Of a stretch of DNA of 64,000 nucleotides, positions 27,066 to 41,297 are shown piece after piece; the first letter of the stretch is position 1, and each line of letters starts with the position of its first letter. Under the pieces are notes generated by a model. That model searched no databases and was not told the DNA's origin. It saw only the letters and a program-made list of their open reading frames with translations. Both the position numbers and the translations under genes were made by a program. The stretch covers positions 66,402,001 through 66,466,000 of the forward strand of contig OX597830.1 of assembly GCA_951406725.2 (NCBI GenBank), given 5' to 3'. The stretch is from Octopus vulgaris (lineage: Eukaryota).

Positions 27066-27310
27066 AGGTGGTGAGCTGGCGGAAACGTTAGCACGCTGGG
27101 CGAAATGCGTAGCCATATTTCGTCTGGCATTACGTTCTGAGTTCAAATTCCGCCAAGGTTGACTTTACCTTTCATCCTTTACTTTTCATCCTTTCGGGGT
27201 CGATAAATTAAGTACCAGTCACGCACTGGGGTCGATGTAATCGACTTAATCCCTTTGTCTGTCCTTGTTTGTCCCCTCTGTGTTTAGCCCCTTGTGCGTA
27301 GTAAAGAAAT
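27066..27310 (+). mobile_element. SINE family B (Nin-like)
   Basis: Matches the family consensus. Confidence 0.8.
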
Positions 27311-28122
27311 ATCTATGTATACTTGCAATAACTTAGACGCCTAAAGTACTAAAGTAATTAGTGAAAGCATGACACAAATTAACCAAACCATGCTCGATTG
27401 CAAGCAGTGGGTTGGCTGTACAATCAATTTAGTTATTTGCACTTTTACTGTACAAACAACTCACAAAAAAAAAAGACAAAACAAAAAAAAACAAACAAAC
27501 AAATATACAGACACATGCTGAGCAATATAGGTAATATTGCAATATACTGTCCTGAGTAACCTGATACACTGTGTTGAGTAATATTAGGAGCTACACTCCC
27601 TAAACGAGGATTTTTTTAATCAGGCCTTTTTATCGAAAATCATTTTTTTATTTTTAACAATTGGAATATCTTTTACATATTTGCAAAGCCTCGAGCCCCT
27701 CAAAGTTAAAATACTATGATACAGCTGTTATTTAATTCCTTTTGTTCTCATCTCGAAATTCATGTCTTCGCTGCATATGGTAAAAGTGTTTGTGTCTATA
27801 AATTAATTGAGACCCATTATAACTGTGGGTGGGAATCATTATTCTTTTACAATAGGATTGCTGTAATCAACACCAGTGTAATGTGAGTCAAGTTTCTTAA
27901 ATTGGTCTAGCAGTTGAGTGATAATTCTCTTTACAAAGTTAAGTAGGTGTGTAATTATGTGGTGATGTACATATGTGCGTGTAGACATGTATATGTGTGT
28001 GAGTATGCATCACACAAAGACACGTGTATATATATATATGTATGTACATGCATGTGTGTATATATGTGTGTCTATATGCATGTATGTGTGCACATGTCTG
28101 CAAGAACTGTGTTACATGTGTA

Positions 28123-28163
<41 letters not shown>

Positions 28164-28273
28164 TCATACACACACTCACACATACATGCACATACATACT
28201 TTGATACATATGTGTATGTATGTATATATATATATATATATACATATATACATATATACATGTATATATATAC

Positions 28274-28319
<46 letters not shown>

Positions 28320-28434
28320 GTATATATTTAGATATATATATATATATATATATATTCATACACATATGCAACATACACGCACAAATATATATGAAATTAA
28401 GTAAATGACAAAGGAACGGTAAATTATGCAATGA

Positions 28435-28537
28435 ACTTCATTAGCTTACAGCTGTTTCCACTATGATATGCACATGCAGTCAGAGCTGAGTGCATGTACA
28501 TCACCTTACAATTTCCTTGGAGCTTCAAAAATGAAGT
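28435..28537 (-). ncRNA. Degenerate type I hammerhead ribozyme motif
   Basis: Minus strand: acttcatt..agct-CCAAGGA-long stem II (atgtacatgca/tgcatgtgcat)-GAAA-CAGCTG-TA-agct-aatgaagt. The core deviates from CUGANGA at two positions. Confidence 0.55.
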
Positions 28538-28799
28538 GCAAGCTATCTATCTCACTGGCTCATCTTACTCTATATAGACTGTTAGGGCTTAATTGTATCA
28601 AGTTCCTTAATGAACAAAAACCAAATTTGAATATTGCGGGATTCGAACCCAAGCACCAAAGAGGATTAAATCAAATAATATGCTCTGCATAGCATGACAT
28701 AGCCTAATATCTTGGCTGTTTTCATTTCCAGCAGTGAAGACCAATCTAATTCTATATGTTCTCTCTCTTCTCGATTCCTGGACAGAAAAGTAGCTGAAA

Positions 28800-28950
28800 T
28801 GACTTGGATCTCTGAAGTATTTTGCTAATGTCCTGATTAATCTGTTCAGGCAGATGATCGGTGCTAGCAGATTAGGGCTAGACCTTGTTAAAGCCTTTGA
28901 CAAGATAATAAATGCCTATAAGTTGATAATAGCTGCTGCAATTGTGAAAA
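28800..28950 (+). pseudogene. Non-LTR reverse transcriptase fossil fragment
   Basis: Translates to RLGLDLVKAFDKI, matching the LDLxKAFD RT motif. Confidence 0.45.
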
Positions 28951-29204
28951 AAATATCTATTCATTGTGTCAAATGCAGATAAGAATAACACAGTAATTAG
29001 AATTCTGTGTGTGTGTGTGTAAAAGATATATGTGAATCTATATATATATATATGTGTGTACAAATGTATATGTATAAATGTATATATGTATATTTGTGTG
29101 AGAATGTATGTAATGGAAGTGTGTATGTATATATATATATACACACACACACACACATATATGAACATCTCAGTATCATATATATATATATGCATATATA
29201 TCTG

Positions 29205-29239
<35 letters not shown>

Positions 29240-29262
29240 GTGTGTGTATATATATGTATGTA

Positions 29263-29366
<104 letters not shown>

Positions 29367-30155
29367 TTTACCTACAAATACACACACACACATGCATACA
29401 GGCACAAATTTATTTGTATTTATTTATCAGTTAGTTAATGAAGTAAGAGCGGAGGTTGTGTGAACTGGTGAGATGAATGTGATTGATGTCCAAGAAGGAC
29501 AGGAGGAAAATGATGGCGGTTGCAGGCTGTAATGACAGAGAACTGGTTCTCTGGAGAGTGTCATTGTACCATTGTATTTAGTGTATTACTGGAGACTGTG
29601 ACGCATATAGAAGATGTAGAACGGAGAACTGACAATATCAGGTGGAGGTCAGGTAGATATTGTAGGCAGCAAGCTAATTTTGGGTAGTCCAAGCTGTAGC
29701 CTAGGCAAAGCAGACCAATGATCAATGACATTCCAGAAATGACCTTTTCAGCTTTGTTTTTACAGATATCTTTTCTTTTATCTTTAGTCTTTTGCCTGTT
29801 TCAGTCACCAGACTGTGGCCATGCTGGGGCACTACCACAAAGGGGTTTTAGTCAAATGAATCAACCCCAGTAATTATTTTTTGTTAAGCCTGGTACTTAT
29901 TCTTTCAGTCTCTCTGCTGAACCTCTAAGTTATGGAGGATGTTAATTCACCAACGCTGGTTGTCAAGCGGAGGTGAGGGCTAAACACAGACACAAAAGAT
30001 GAAACCAGGTAAAAGAACAGCAAGCATATATATTAGTCTTCAATAAAAAGGAATGAGAAGGAAAAAATGGAGAGAGAGTGAAAAAAACCAAGAAGAAAAA
30101 TGTGTAGGAATTAACGGTTCAACATGATGTTATATATATATACTTTTATTAAATA

Positions 30156-30549
30156 CTAGCAGTATCGCCCGGCGTTGCTCGGGTTTGTAAGGGAAATAAC
30201 TATATAAGCATTTTTAGAGAGTTATAGCCAAAATATAGCAAAAAAATGCATTAAAAATGGAAAAAAATGATGGTAAATTTTTTTAAAAATCGTTGAGTCA
30301 TCGTAGACATTTTTAGAGAGTTACTTCCCTTATATAATAGCGAAAAATGCATTAAAATGGAAAAATATGATGGTAAATTTTTTTTAAAATCGTAGACTCA
30401 TCGTAGACGCGCGCTAATACCCAGAAGGGCTCGATATGAATCACGACTATAAGATACCTGAATTTGGTTAAACTGCACTGCAAAATGTGGGAGTAGTTAG
30501 GAATCTAAATCGTAGGAGACAGACACACAACCTTACTTTTATATATAAA
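30156..30549 (-). mobile_element. Non-autonomous Helitron
   Basis: Minus-strand 3' end has the hairpin cccgagcaacgccggg a few nt before terminal CTAG followed by T. The 5' end is t(t)tatatataaaag..gtgtgtctgtc. There is an internal ~100-bp tandem duplication. Confidence 0.8.
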
Positions 30550-30563
30550 TATGTACTTGTACA

Positions 30564-30809
30564 CAGTTGTGGTCAAAAGTTTGGAATGTTTTTTTAAAAA
30601 ATAAAATTGTTATGCCCAAATACAATTTGGTTTAAATAAATACAACGTAGGGATATACTTACCTAATAACAGATCTAATGGTTCAATATCTAGAAGAAAA
30701 ATTAGGCAAAATCAAAAATATAGTTCTAGACCAGATTGCTTACTTTTAATAATTAGAAGCTAGTACATCACTTATGTGAAAATATGTTCCAGACTTTTGG
30801 CAACGACTG
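30564..30809. mobile_element. Tc1-like MITE
   Basis: TIRs cagttgtggtcaaaagtttggaa / ttccagacttttggcaacgactg, followed by TA. Confidence 0.75.
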
Positions 30810-31079
30810 TAGTACTTAAATGTGGGTCAAATTTGTAATTTGAAGGACAGTGGAGGTTGGGAAGGGGAAAGCAGATCACAAACTCAGCAGGACTGAATTA
30901 TTTTCTGGCTCTGGAAAGGAAATCAATCTTTAAGATTTACTTTCAGAAATCTTATATTTTCTGAAAATGTCATGAAAGATCAAAGATTCTGAGATTTTGA
31001 ATGTTTGATCAGTTTCAAGAGATTTTCTTTTGGTATTGTTTATTCATATGGAGGATATGTTTGTGTTTGTTTGTTTGTT

Positions 31080-31151
<72 letters not shown>

Positions 31152-31499
31152 CTGGTGGAGTTCAGAAAGTGTAGGACAAAATGCAGTGTGGTATTTGTTT
31201 TGGCTGTTTGTGTCTTGGCTTCAAATCCTGCTAAGGTCATCTCTGCTGAGGTCCTCTCTGCCTTTCATCTTTTTTTTTTGGGAGGGGGCAATAAAATAAA
31301 GCTATATTCTAAGGCAGTGAACGCATTAAACTAGTTCAGACAAGAGCCCTATGCAAAAAATAATGTGCGAGAGTGTGGAAGTGTATAAAAAGTATATCAG
31401 CTTTGTTAAGGTCACAAGCCTTGAAAAAAGAACTAAAGAAATTAAACAAATCAATTAATCACAAAAATCTGTCAGCTCAGCCTCACTATATATATATAT

Positions 31500-32870
31500 A
31501 TTTTGTGGATTAGCAAGGCAACTGATGGTTTCATGGAGTGTACCAGCATTCCCATGTAGTTTGTTTAAAAAATTGTGAAGATCTTCTGTATGAAACCATT
31601 GGTTGCCTGCCTTGTTAATCCACAAATAAAGAATATTTACATACCAATGCAATGCTCTTCGATACTAGCATGTGTGTGTGTGTATTCATAAATTTGTAGT
31701 GATGGAAGCATCAATAAGTATTCAAAATAGCATTCTGCATATCTTAATGTGGATATACAGTAGAAAGCTCCAAAACTGAGGCATTCATCTTGAGAAAGCA
31801 TCTCATTTAGATGTATATAATGCTAGAAACCACAGAAGTAGCAAACAGTAAATTTTCCAGCAGTGGTGGTGGAATAGCTAAATCTAGATCTCTTCTTCTA
31901 TGATTGTCATCAGTAGCAAGTATTGTCTATAAGCTACATGCATAGATTAATTTAGCCTATACAAATATAGAAAAGCAGTGATTAACACATCATTGATGTT
32001 GCAAATACTCAGCAGGCAGGGTAAAAATTTGTTGTTGGTGGTAGAAGTTATTGGTTCAAAATGGCAATCTGTATAGCTTACTTAATGTTGATATACTGTA
32101 AAACACCTCAAAACTTATAAAAGCATATATCTGTGTGTGTGTGTGATAGATAGAGTACTTTACGCAGATTCAAACTGGAAAGTTCTAAGTTGCACTATTT
32201 TCCCCATTTTCAAACATGTCAGAATCTCCCTGATTTCATTATCTACACCTTTACAATCCAAGACAAGTTTGGACAATTTGTTTTTCTAGCTTGCACATTT
32301 TTGAAATAATAATTCTTAACTTGATTGTATGTAAGATATACAGTAATTTTCAAACCATAATCTTGATAAAATTTATAAATTTGCACCACTTGCTAACACA
32401 CATGGTATATTTTTTTTCAACTCTTTCATGTAATTCTGGCTTCCATTACAAAATGATAAAAAAGAAAATAAATAGTATATCACATCCGATAAACCAAATG
32501 TTATAAAAGATAATATTTTCCAACTCTTACCATATGAAAAATTTAGCACTTTTAATGACTAACAGTGTTAGAAGTAATTTGTAGGTTTTCAGCATTTACA
32601 AACATGATACAGTTTCTTCCAGTTTCAACCTCCTACAAGAGTCTAAAATATTTCATAATCACTGTTTTATACCTCCTAAAAGTGATAATTTTTAGCCTGT
32701 TTCATTTTGGCCATTTTTCTAGAACTTTCAACTGAATTTCTGAATTCCGTTGCCACTGAATTTCTGAATTCCATTCCAGATTCAGTGTCAGAACATGTGT
32801 CATATCTTTCAAGTTACATCCTGCTCTTCCTCTTCCTCATCATCATCATCATTGTTGCCGCAACCACAGC
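31500..32870 (-). pseudogene. Highly decayed piggyBac-like transposase fossil
   Basis: Colinear degenerate motifs on the minus strand: acidic N-terminus, EIREILTCLKMGKIVQL, EPITSTTNNKF, YRQYL, NQWFHTEDLHNFL..GTL. Many stops. Confidence 0.4.
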
Positions 32871-34002
32871 TGCCATCCTCCCTCGCTCACCATCATCAAT
32901 TTTGGTGCTCACTTGTTTCCAAACAGATATAATATTTCTCCATAGTTACATAGTTCCATGGAAGATCGGAAATGAAGGACACTAACATGTATCATGATAA
33001 GGTTCTGATGAAGCTAAGGCACTCAACTATGAGTGTACAATATCTTATAGCAGTTTTATAGCCGCGTTTGGTTACTGTTTGTGTAACGCTACTTTTATAT
33101 GTTTCCTATTTGGAAATAGATAATAAATATATTTTACTTTTGAAGTAGGAACATCTATTAATAAACACACCACTTATAACTTACTTATAAGTGTTATCAT
33201 TATACATAAATCCTGACTCCAGCTACATAAACGCCATAGCGAGAAAATATATACTCTGAAACACTAACAGATATTTTATGTGTGCATGTATGTTGAAGAT
33301 GAATAAATTCATGTTCTTTTAACCGCTATAAAAAATACAGTTTCATAATTGCAGAAGTAAATTTCATTAACAAGTTGAAGAACGTGAAGAAAGCGGAAAT
33401 AATTACTACATTAGTTTATTTATGTACATTTAGTATTCATAGTACAATTGGGAAGTAAAGTCATTTTGTTGTAGAAAATTATGACTTAAAATTCACACTA
33501 GCTAATCCTTCATACTAACTACTAAAGTTCACAACAATTTAAATAAGTCTTGTTGGATTTTTATCATAGACATGGCATAAAAAATAGTCAGTATCTCAAT
33601 GAGTGTCGTGAAGTTAAGTAGCATCCTATGAACACTGATTAATTTTCCCCAAATCAGGGTTTTTATAACTGCTCATACCTGAATTCTAAGAACCATATTT
33701 CGTGAAAGAATTCTCTTTGATGAAAGTTTAGAATTCAAATATGGGCAGCAATTTTAACCAATGGGATTACCAACAATTATGCTTGTTCGGGTAAACAACC
33801 ATTACATCATATTGCCTCCTTTTATGACTTGCTGCAGCAGAAACAGCTGTAATCTTATGAAGTCCATAAGATAATCCTATATTCCTTTGTCATCTCCTTT
33901 CTCTTATCACTGCTCTATGCTTGATTAGTGCTTCATTCAGAAGAACTTGTATATTGAGTTCTACACTAGATTATTAGTACTGCAGTGCCTAAGTGAAATA
34001 TG

Positions 34003-34394
34003 CATACATACATACATACATGATGGCTGCTACCCTCGTTATCGAGTATGGCCATTGCACGAAGCTTAACTGTTATTGGTGCTGTGATCGAATGTGACTT
34101 TTTAGCCCAGCTAAAGATCTACAATGTCTTGTACAGAATTGGCAACTAAAACCTTTACCGGTAATAGCCGGCTGTAGTTGTAACTGGGCTTCATGTACCT
34201 TTGCATGTCGTTTAAGTCCTCCTGCTGAATTACACTCTCTTCCACATGCCCGGCAGATATGATTAGTATGGTGTGTTACTCATCTGTCTCGCTTTATGAC
34301 TACGAAGATGACTCTTGAGTCCAGCTTCACTGAGGCAGGGTCTTGCACAGACATTGCATGTCAGCATCAAAGGAAGACCATTCCCATCTGGTCA
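34003..34394 (-). mobile_element. 3' end of RTE-like LINE encoding three C2H2 zinc fingers, in (TGTA)n
   Basis: CNVCARPCLSEAGLKSHLRSH, one frameshift, then CRACGRECNSAGGLKRHAKVH and CQFCTRHCRSLAGLKSHIRSQH*. A short 3' UTR with ctcgataacgag hairpin precedes the (tgta)n tail. Confidence 0.75.
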
Positions 34395-34830
34395 TACATA
34401 CATACATACAGGCATGCATGCATGCATACATGCATACATACATGCATGCACACTTACACACACACATGTATATAGTATACATATCATATACATGCTTAGA
34501 GACAATTAGAAAAGTATCTATGCAAAAAAGCATTTAAGTGGCTACTAAGTTATCAAGTATGAATGTGCATTGTTTCTGTGTGTAGGTGTAAGTGTGTGTG
34601 TGTGTGTGTGTGTGTGTAACTACACGTGGACTGTTGGTGATTTATTTTTGTCTCTCCTTCTTCCTTTTCTTTCCGACTTACTTACATCTCTTGTTACTGA
34701 AGAAGAGTTTTGCTCGAAATATAAAACAATCACTGTTTTTTTCCTTCACTGAGCATCTCATCATTACTTTGCATGTACCACATCCTTGCTTTGTTGTTTT
34801 TTTTATGTCTTTTTTTCTGTTTTTTTTTAT

Positions 34831-34879
<49 letters not shown>

Positions 34880-35249
34880 CACAAAGTAAGTTAGGGGTTA
34901 TGGGTGTAACCCACTAAGGAATAGTATTTATCTAATATACTGTTGGTAAAGTACCCAGATTCTTAATACATAAATGTTTTTAATTGCAATGCAATTAACT
35001 TCTTTATTGTATTAAACGGGTGAAGGTAAAGAAATATTTTACCGTTAATTTATAATACAAATAAGAAATTGGAGAAACAAATTTAGTTTGTTCATCAATT
35101 TTCAGATATTAGAATCATCATCATCATCATCATCGTTTAACATCCGCTTTCCATGCTAGCATGGGTTGGACGGTTTGACTGTGGGCTGGTGAACCAGATG
35201 GCTGCACCAGGCTCCACTCTTGATCTGGCAGAGTTTCTACAGCTGGATG

Positions 35250-35418
<169 letters not shown>

Positions 35419-35689
35419 TATATAAATATATATATATATGTACACACACACACATGCACACACATGTGTATATTATGGGCTTCCATACATAGTCTCCATC
35501 CACCAAATTCACTCACAAGGCATTGACTAGCCTAAGGTTATAGTAGAAGACACATGTTCAAGGTGCCATGCAGTGGGGCTGAACCCAAAACCACATTACC
35601 ACATGGTTACAAAACATGCCTCTTATCCACACAGTCATTAAAAAACGTTTTGCCATCTATTTTCACTTGGTAAAAATCCATTAAATATC

Positions 35690-36130
35690 AGAGCTAAATG
35701 ATACATGTCTGACTATCTTCAAACACAAAGGTGTCAAAAGTTCAAATGCTCATTTACCGTTCTTATGCAAATGTGTGAATCACTACATTCTCTCATCTGA
35801 AGAGCTTTTGAAATATCTTCTGGATTTAGTTCATGTACTTCTTCTATTTTTAACAAATGGTTACTTAAGTGAGATTTAGAGTTAACATTGGAAGTTCTCG
35901 TTTGTTGACAATTCCATGGAATACAGAAATAATTTGTCATTAAAGGACATCAAAGTAATATTTTTGTCTTCAAGCACAACCATGGCATTATATGAGCTTT
36001 AAAGGCTTATTATAGAAGATAAATTTGTACAAGAATTTTAATCAAATACAATGATATTCAAAGCCAATCTGGCATAAATGCAAATGTTAGTAGTGTCATG
36101 TATGCAAGTCTCAAAAAAGGACTATTCAAA
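35690..36130 (+). pseudogene. pogo/Tigger (DDE_1) transposase fossil
   Basis: TSSIFNKWLLK..FVDNS..LKDIKVIFLSSSTT..HGII*ALKAYYRR across frameshifts. Confidence 0.6.
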
Positions 36131-37493
36131 ATTATTTAAAAAAAAAAAAAAAAAGAGAAAGTGAGAGAGAGAAAGAAAGAAAAGAAAAGATGTGTTTTCC
36201 AAAACAAGCACAGAAACTACTGCTAACAAAGAATTAGAGCTTATTAGAAATAAAATTCTTGATAGAAATACAAATAATACAAGAAAACAAGAATGTGAAA
36301 ATTGGTAAGCTATTGAAGTGGAAGCTTTGACGACAGTGTTGGAAATATGTTGAGGAGAATGAACCAAAATTCCAGAATATTCTACAACCAGTGTTCAGAT
36401 ATGAGAAGTTCTAAAAATACTTCATGCCGTATGACATCGACCAGTAGAATTCCAAACACTCCAAAAGCAATATGAGTGACTTATGAATGAATTAAGAAAT
36501 GTTGCCACTAAGGTTTTTACTCTGGAGACTGCCCCTAGTTTTGTGCTACAAATGATCTAAATTAAGATCTTCTCTTGAAATTCTGTGTTCATTTTCATGT
36601 TCTAAACATTAAGCTCAATAATCACAACATTAATTTATTAAATTCTTCCTTATTTTCAAAACTTGTAAAGGTGACTGGCATTAAGAAGGACATCTGGCTG
36701 TAAAACCCATGCTAAAATCAGACAGTAAAGTTTGGTACAGTCCCCAGGCTTACCGGCTCCTGTCAAACCATCCCACTCATGCCACCCTTTGAAAATGGAT
36801 GTTAAATGATGATGGTGATGATGATGATGATGATGACAACTGGTGCTTGTGTGTTTATACCTCCATAACTTAGCAGTTCAGCAGAAGAGAATGATAGAAT
36901 AAGTACAAGGCTTTAAAAAGAAAATGTCCTGGGTTTGATTCAGTCGACTAAAAGCCTTCAAGGCGGTGCCCCAGCATGGCTGCAGTCTAATAACTGAAGC
37001 AATTAAAAAATAAAATAAAGAAAAAAGATAAAAAGGATATAAAAAGACCATTTATTTTTTTTCAAGTCTATAAATATATTTTACTTGGATTTGTAATTTA
37101 CATCTGTTATCCCCTTATTAAATTGAAAGTGAAACAATTGCAACAATAGTTAATGCTCATTGAATACAAGTTTACTTTCATTAATTTGGAAACTAATACA
37201 GCTGTTACATGATGTAGGTGTTCGTTATTCTTATATTTGAAATATAAATACATCTGGAAAACATTGAATTGAAATTCCATATTGTTCTTTGGCTTTTGTC
37301 TTTTAATTAAAAAGGAAAAAGTACTTTTTGTGTTTTTCATAATAAAAATTAAAAAAAAAAAGTTTTGTTTTTGCAAGTTCTTAATCTTTGACGTTCAAAA
37401 TATATCCACGGATTGATTTTTAATTTAAAGAGGCAAAAAAAAAAAAAATAAAATGTAGCATAATGTAAAAGTGCAGAGAGATAGGTAAGAAGT

Positions 37494-37850
37494 TCATCAT
37501 CATCATCATCATCGTTTAACGTCCGCTTTCCATGCTGGCATGGGTTGGACGATTTGACTGAGGGCTGGCCAACCAGATGGCTGCACCAAGCTTCATCTTG
37601 ATCTGGCAGAGTTTCTACAGCTGGATGCCCTTCCTAATGCCAACCACTCTGAGAGTGTAGTGGGTGCTTTTACGTGCCACCGGCATGGGGCCAGTCAGGC
37701 GGTACTGGCAACGACCTCGCTCGAATCTTTTTACACATGCCACCTGCACAGGTGCCAGTAAGGCGATGCTGGTAACGACCACACTTGAATGGTGCCTTTT
37801 ACGTGCCACTGGTACGGAGGCCAGTTAGCCACTCTGGCAACGATCACGCT
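37494..37850 (-). mobile_element. Meta-like SINE with internal subrepeats
   Basis: Same family as 1120-1480 and 11705-12106. Confidence 0.75.
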
Positions 37851-38498
37851 TGGGAGTTGTGGTTAAAACAAAAAATCATACTTAAACAAATAAGTACTAC
37901 TAATTTTTCACAGTTTTTTGGTATTTAACTAAAAACCAAAACAACTTACAATAAAATTATAAAAAATGGTTCTTTTAAATTGTTTTTAAAAAAACAAATT
38001 TTTAGTCCCATTAAAGAAGAAAAAAAGAAAGGAAAACATGATTTAAACTTAATTAGTTGAAAAACAAAGAAATATATGTATAAATGTATATAGCTGTGAT
38101 CACTAACGGGAGGATCTAACGACATTGTGAATGCTTCTAGAAACTTGTTTGTCAGCGTTGTTGCCATCGTTGTTGTCATCGTCATCATCATCATCATCAT
38201 CATCATCCTCATCTTCATGACCATCGTTATCATCATCAGTGTTTTAATGTTCACTTTACCATGCTTGCTTGAGTCAGATGGAATTTATTGAGACAGCTCT
38301 GTTATGGTCAGATGTTCTTCCTGTTGCCAAACTTCACTTATTTCCAAGTAAGGTGAATATTTTCCCATGGGCCAGTTGTGTTTTTCTCTGAAGGCTTGAA
38401 ACAAATGACACCCCTTTGCACAACAGTGGTGTTCGTCTACGACCATGATATATTTGTGCATATATGTGTGTGTGTGTGTGTCTATATATATGTGTGCG

Positions 38499-38538
<40 letters not shown>

Positions 38539-38622
38539 TATATATCCATATATACTAATGTGTGTATGCGTATATATGTATATATATATTTATATATATA
38601 TATTGATGGATGTATGTGTGTG

Positions 38623-38654
<32 letters not shown>

Positions 38655-38807
38655 AGTGTGTGGGTGTATATATATACACATATGCGCACATATTAGTATA
38701 TATGGATGTATGTATATATATGTATATATATATTGATGGATGTATGTGTGTGTGTGTATATATATATATGTATATATATATGTGTGTGAGTCTGTGTGTG
38801 TGTGTGC

Positions 38808-38839
<32 letters not shown>

Positions 38840-39225
38840 ATACACGCACATATACACACACATACTAGTATATATGGATGTATGTGTGTGTATATATATT
38901 GATGGATGTACTGATGTAAATATTTGAACAACTAACTTGATCGTGTAGAAAAATAAAAGTGTGTAAAACAATAATGAATGGTTGCTTGTGTGTACACATG
39001 TGTGATCACGTGTGTACATATCAGTACTTTCTTTACTCATGGACTGAACTTGATTTTTTTCTATTTCTTTCTTTTTTTTTTTTTGACGAGTATTTTGTAT
39101 TGTGGTCGTAAAGATTGATCAGGTTATTGGCCTTGTCGTTTGTAGCTTTTGTTTATTTCGTGTGCGTAGATAAATCACACACATACACACACACACACAC
39201 ACACACATACACACACACATACACA

Positions 39226-39286
<61 letters not shown>

Positions 39287-39303
39287 ACACACACACATAC
39301 ACA

Positions 39304-39372
<69 letters not shown>

Positions 39373-39373
39373 A

Positions 39374-39449
<76 letters not shown>

Positions 39450-39957
39450 CATGCACAAGATAAGGCTAATAGTCCAAATCAATATTTTACCATCCTGGCA
39501 GTAACTCATCTCTAAAATATTGCCATGTAAGTATTTCTAGATATTTATGTGACAATTCTCAACAGATTTATGAACCAATTTAGTTAAATACACTACATAA
39601 TATAAGAAACATTTATGAACCAAGCAAAAAAAAAAACAACAAAAAAAACCCCAAAAAAACAACAAAAACAAACCAAGCAAACGAAAACAGAACAAAATGT
39701 GTGATAATGTATTGTTATGAGACAGGCATTAATTGTAGGTCTGTTGGGACAGGAGAGAAATTAATTAAGCGTGTTCTGCTGAATGTGCAATGTTAATTTC
39801 AATGAAAACTGGAGTGCAAATGAAGTGAGAAAGTGGCAAGGTACGAGAGGACGTTTCTGGTCGATTCAGCAAAAGACATTTGTGTTAATATGAGCATGTA
39901 ATGTGAATGGACAATTCAAGCCGTATGAAGAAGTGCTGTTTTCTGGTTGTGAAGGTT

Positions 39958-39972
39958 GCATCATCATCATCG

Positions 39973-40003
<31 letters not shown>

Positions 40004-40011
40004 TACCATTG

Positions 40012-40076
<65 letters not shown>

Positions 40077-40186
40077 GTCATCATCATCATCATCATCATC
40101 ATCGTCATCATCGTCATCATCATCATTGTCGTCATCATCATTATCATCGTCATCATCGTCATTGTCATCATCATTGTCATCATCAT
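39958..40186. repeat. (CAT)n microsatellite, probably the expanded tail of the adjacent Meta-like SINE (40186-40420, minus strand)
   Basis: About 230 bp of catcatcat directly adjoining ttctacagctggatg..cccttcctgttgc. Confidence 0.8.
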
Positions 40187-40889
40187 TTGATGTCTGCTTT
40201 TCCATAATTGCATGTCTCAGACAGAGTTTAACATGAGGCAGATTTTCTACAGCTGGATGGATGCCCTTCCTGTTGCTAAACCTCATCTTTTTACAAGCAA
40301 GGTAATTTTTTTTTTTTACCCTTGGTCAGACATCTTCTTGGAGAATATTGGAAAAAGAAAGATACTGCTTATATGACAGGGACACTCATTTACAGCTGTC
40401 ACATGATGTCAAGGCAAGAAGGCACAAACACATATGCAGTCACCCACACATTCATGCATGGACACCCCCACACACCCACAGACACCCCCACACCCACAGA
40501 CACCCCCACACCCACAGACACCCCCACACCCACAGACACCCCTACCCCTACAGACACACACACACACACACACACATGATGGGTTTCTTTCAGTTCCCGT
40601 TTACTAAATTCCCTGGCTAGACTTTGACCAGCCTGGGGCTATTGTAGAAGACACTTGCCCAAGGTGCTATGCAGTGGGGTTGAACCCAGAAACATGAAGT
40701 TGGGAAGAAAGCTTCATACCACACAACCATGCCCATATTAAAGAGAAAGGCCAAGTAAGGCACAGAAAAATTTGGTGAGGTGAGTTTGAAAATATCAAGA
40801 TGATGGACCTTAATAATGAAGAATAGAATTTTGAACAATTTTGCACTTAAAGAATAGATGAGAGGAAAAACCCCAATGGTTACAATATA

Positions 40890-41297
40890 TCTGTGGCTGT
40901 GTGGTAAGTAGCTTGCTAACCAGCCACATGGTTCCGGGTTCAGTCCCACTGTGTAGCATCTTGGGCAAGTGTCTTCTGCTATAGCCCCGGGCCGACCAAT
41001 GCCTTGTGAGTGGATTTGGTAGACGGAAACCGAAAGAAGCCTGTCGTATATATGTATATATATGTATATATGTGTATGTGTGTGTGTTTGTGTGTGTGTG
41101 TTTGTCCTCCTAGCATTGCTTGACAACTGATGCTGGTGTGTTTACGTCCCCGTCACTTAGCGGTTCGGCAAAAGAGATCGATAGAATAAGTACTGGGCTT
41201 ACAAAGAATAAGTCCCAAGGTCGATTTGCTCGACTGAAGGCGGTGCTCCAGCATGGCTGCAGTCAAATGACTGAAACAAGTAAAAGAGTAAAGGAGT
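40890..41297 (+). mobile_element. SINE family A
   Basis: Matches the family consensus. Confidence 0.85.

Noticed and set aside
33005-33050. CTGATGA followed by a hairpin
   Set aside because: No GAAA or stem III follows.
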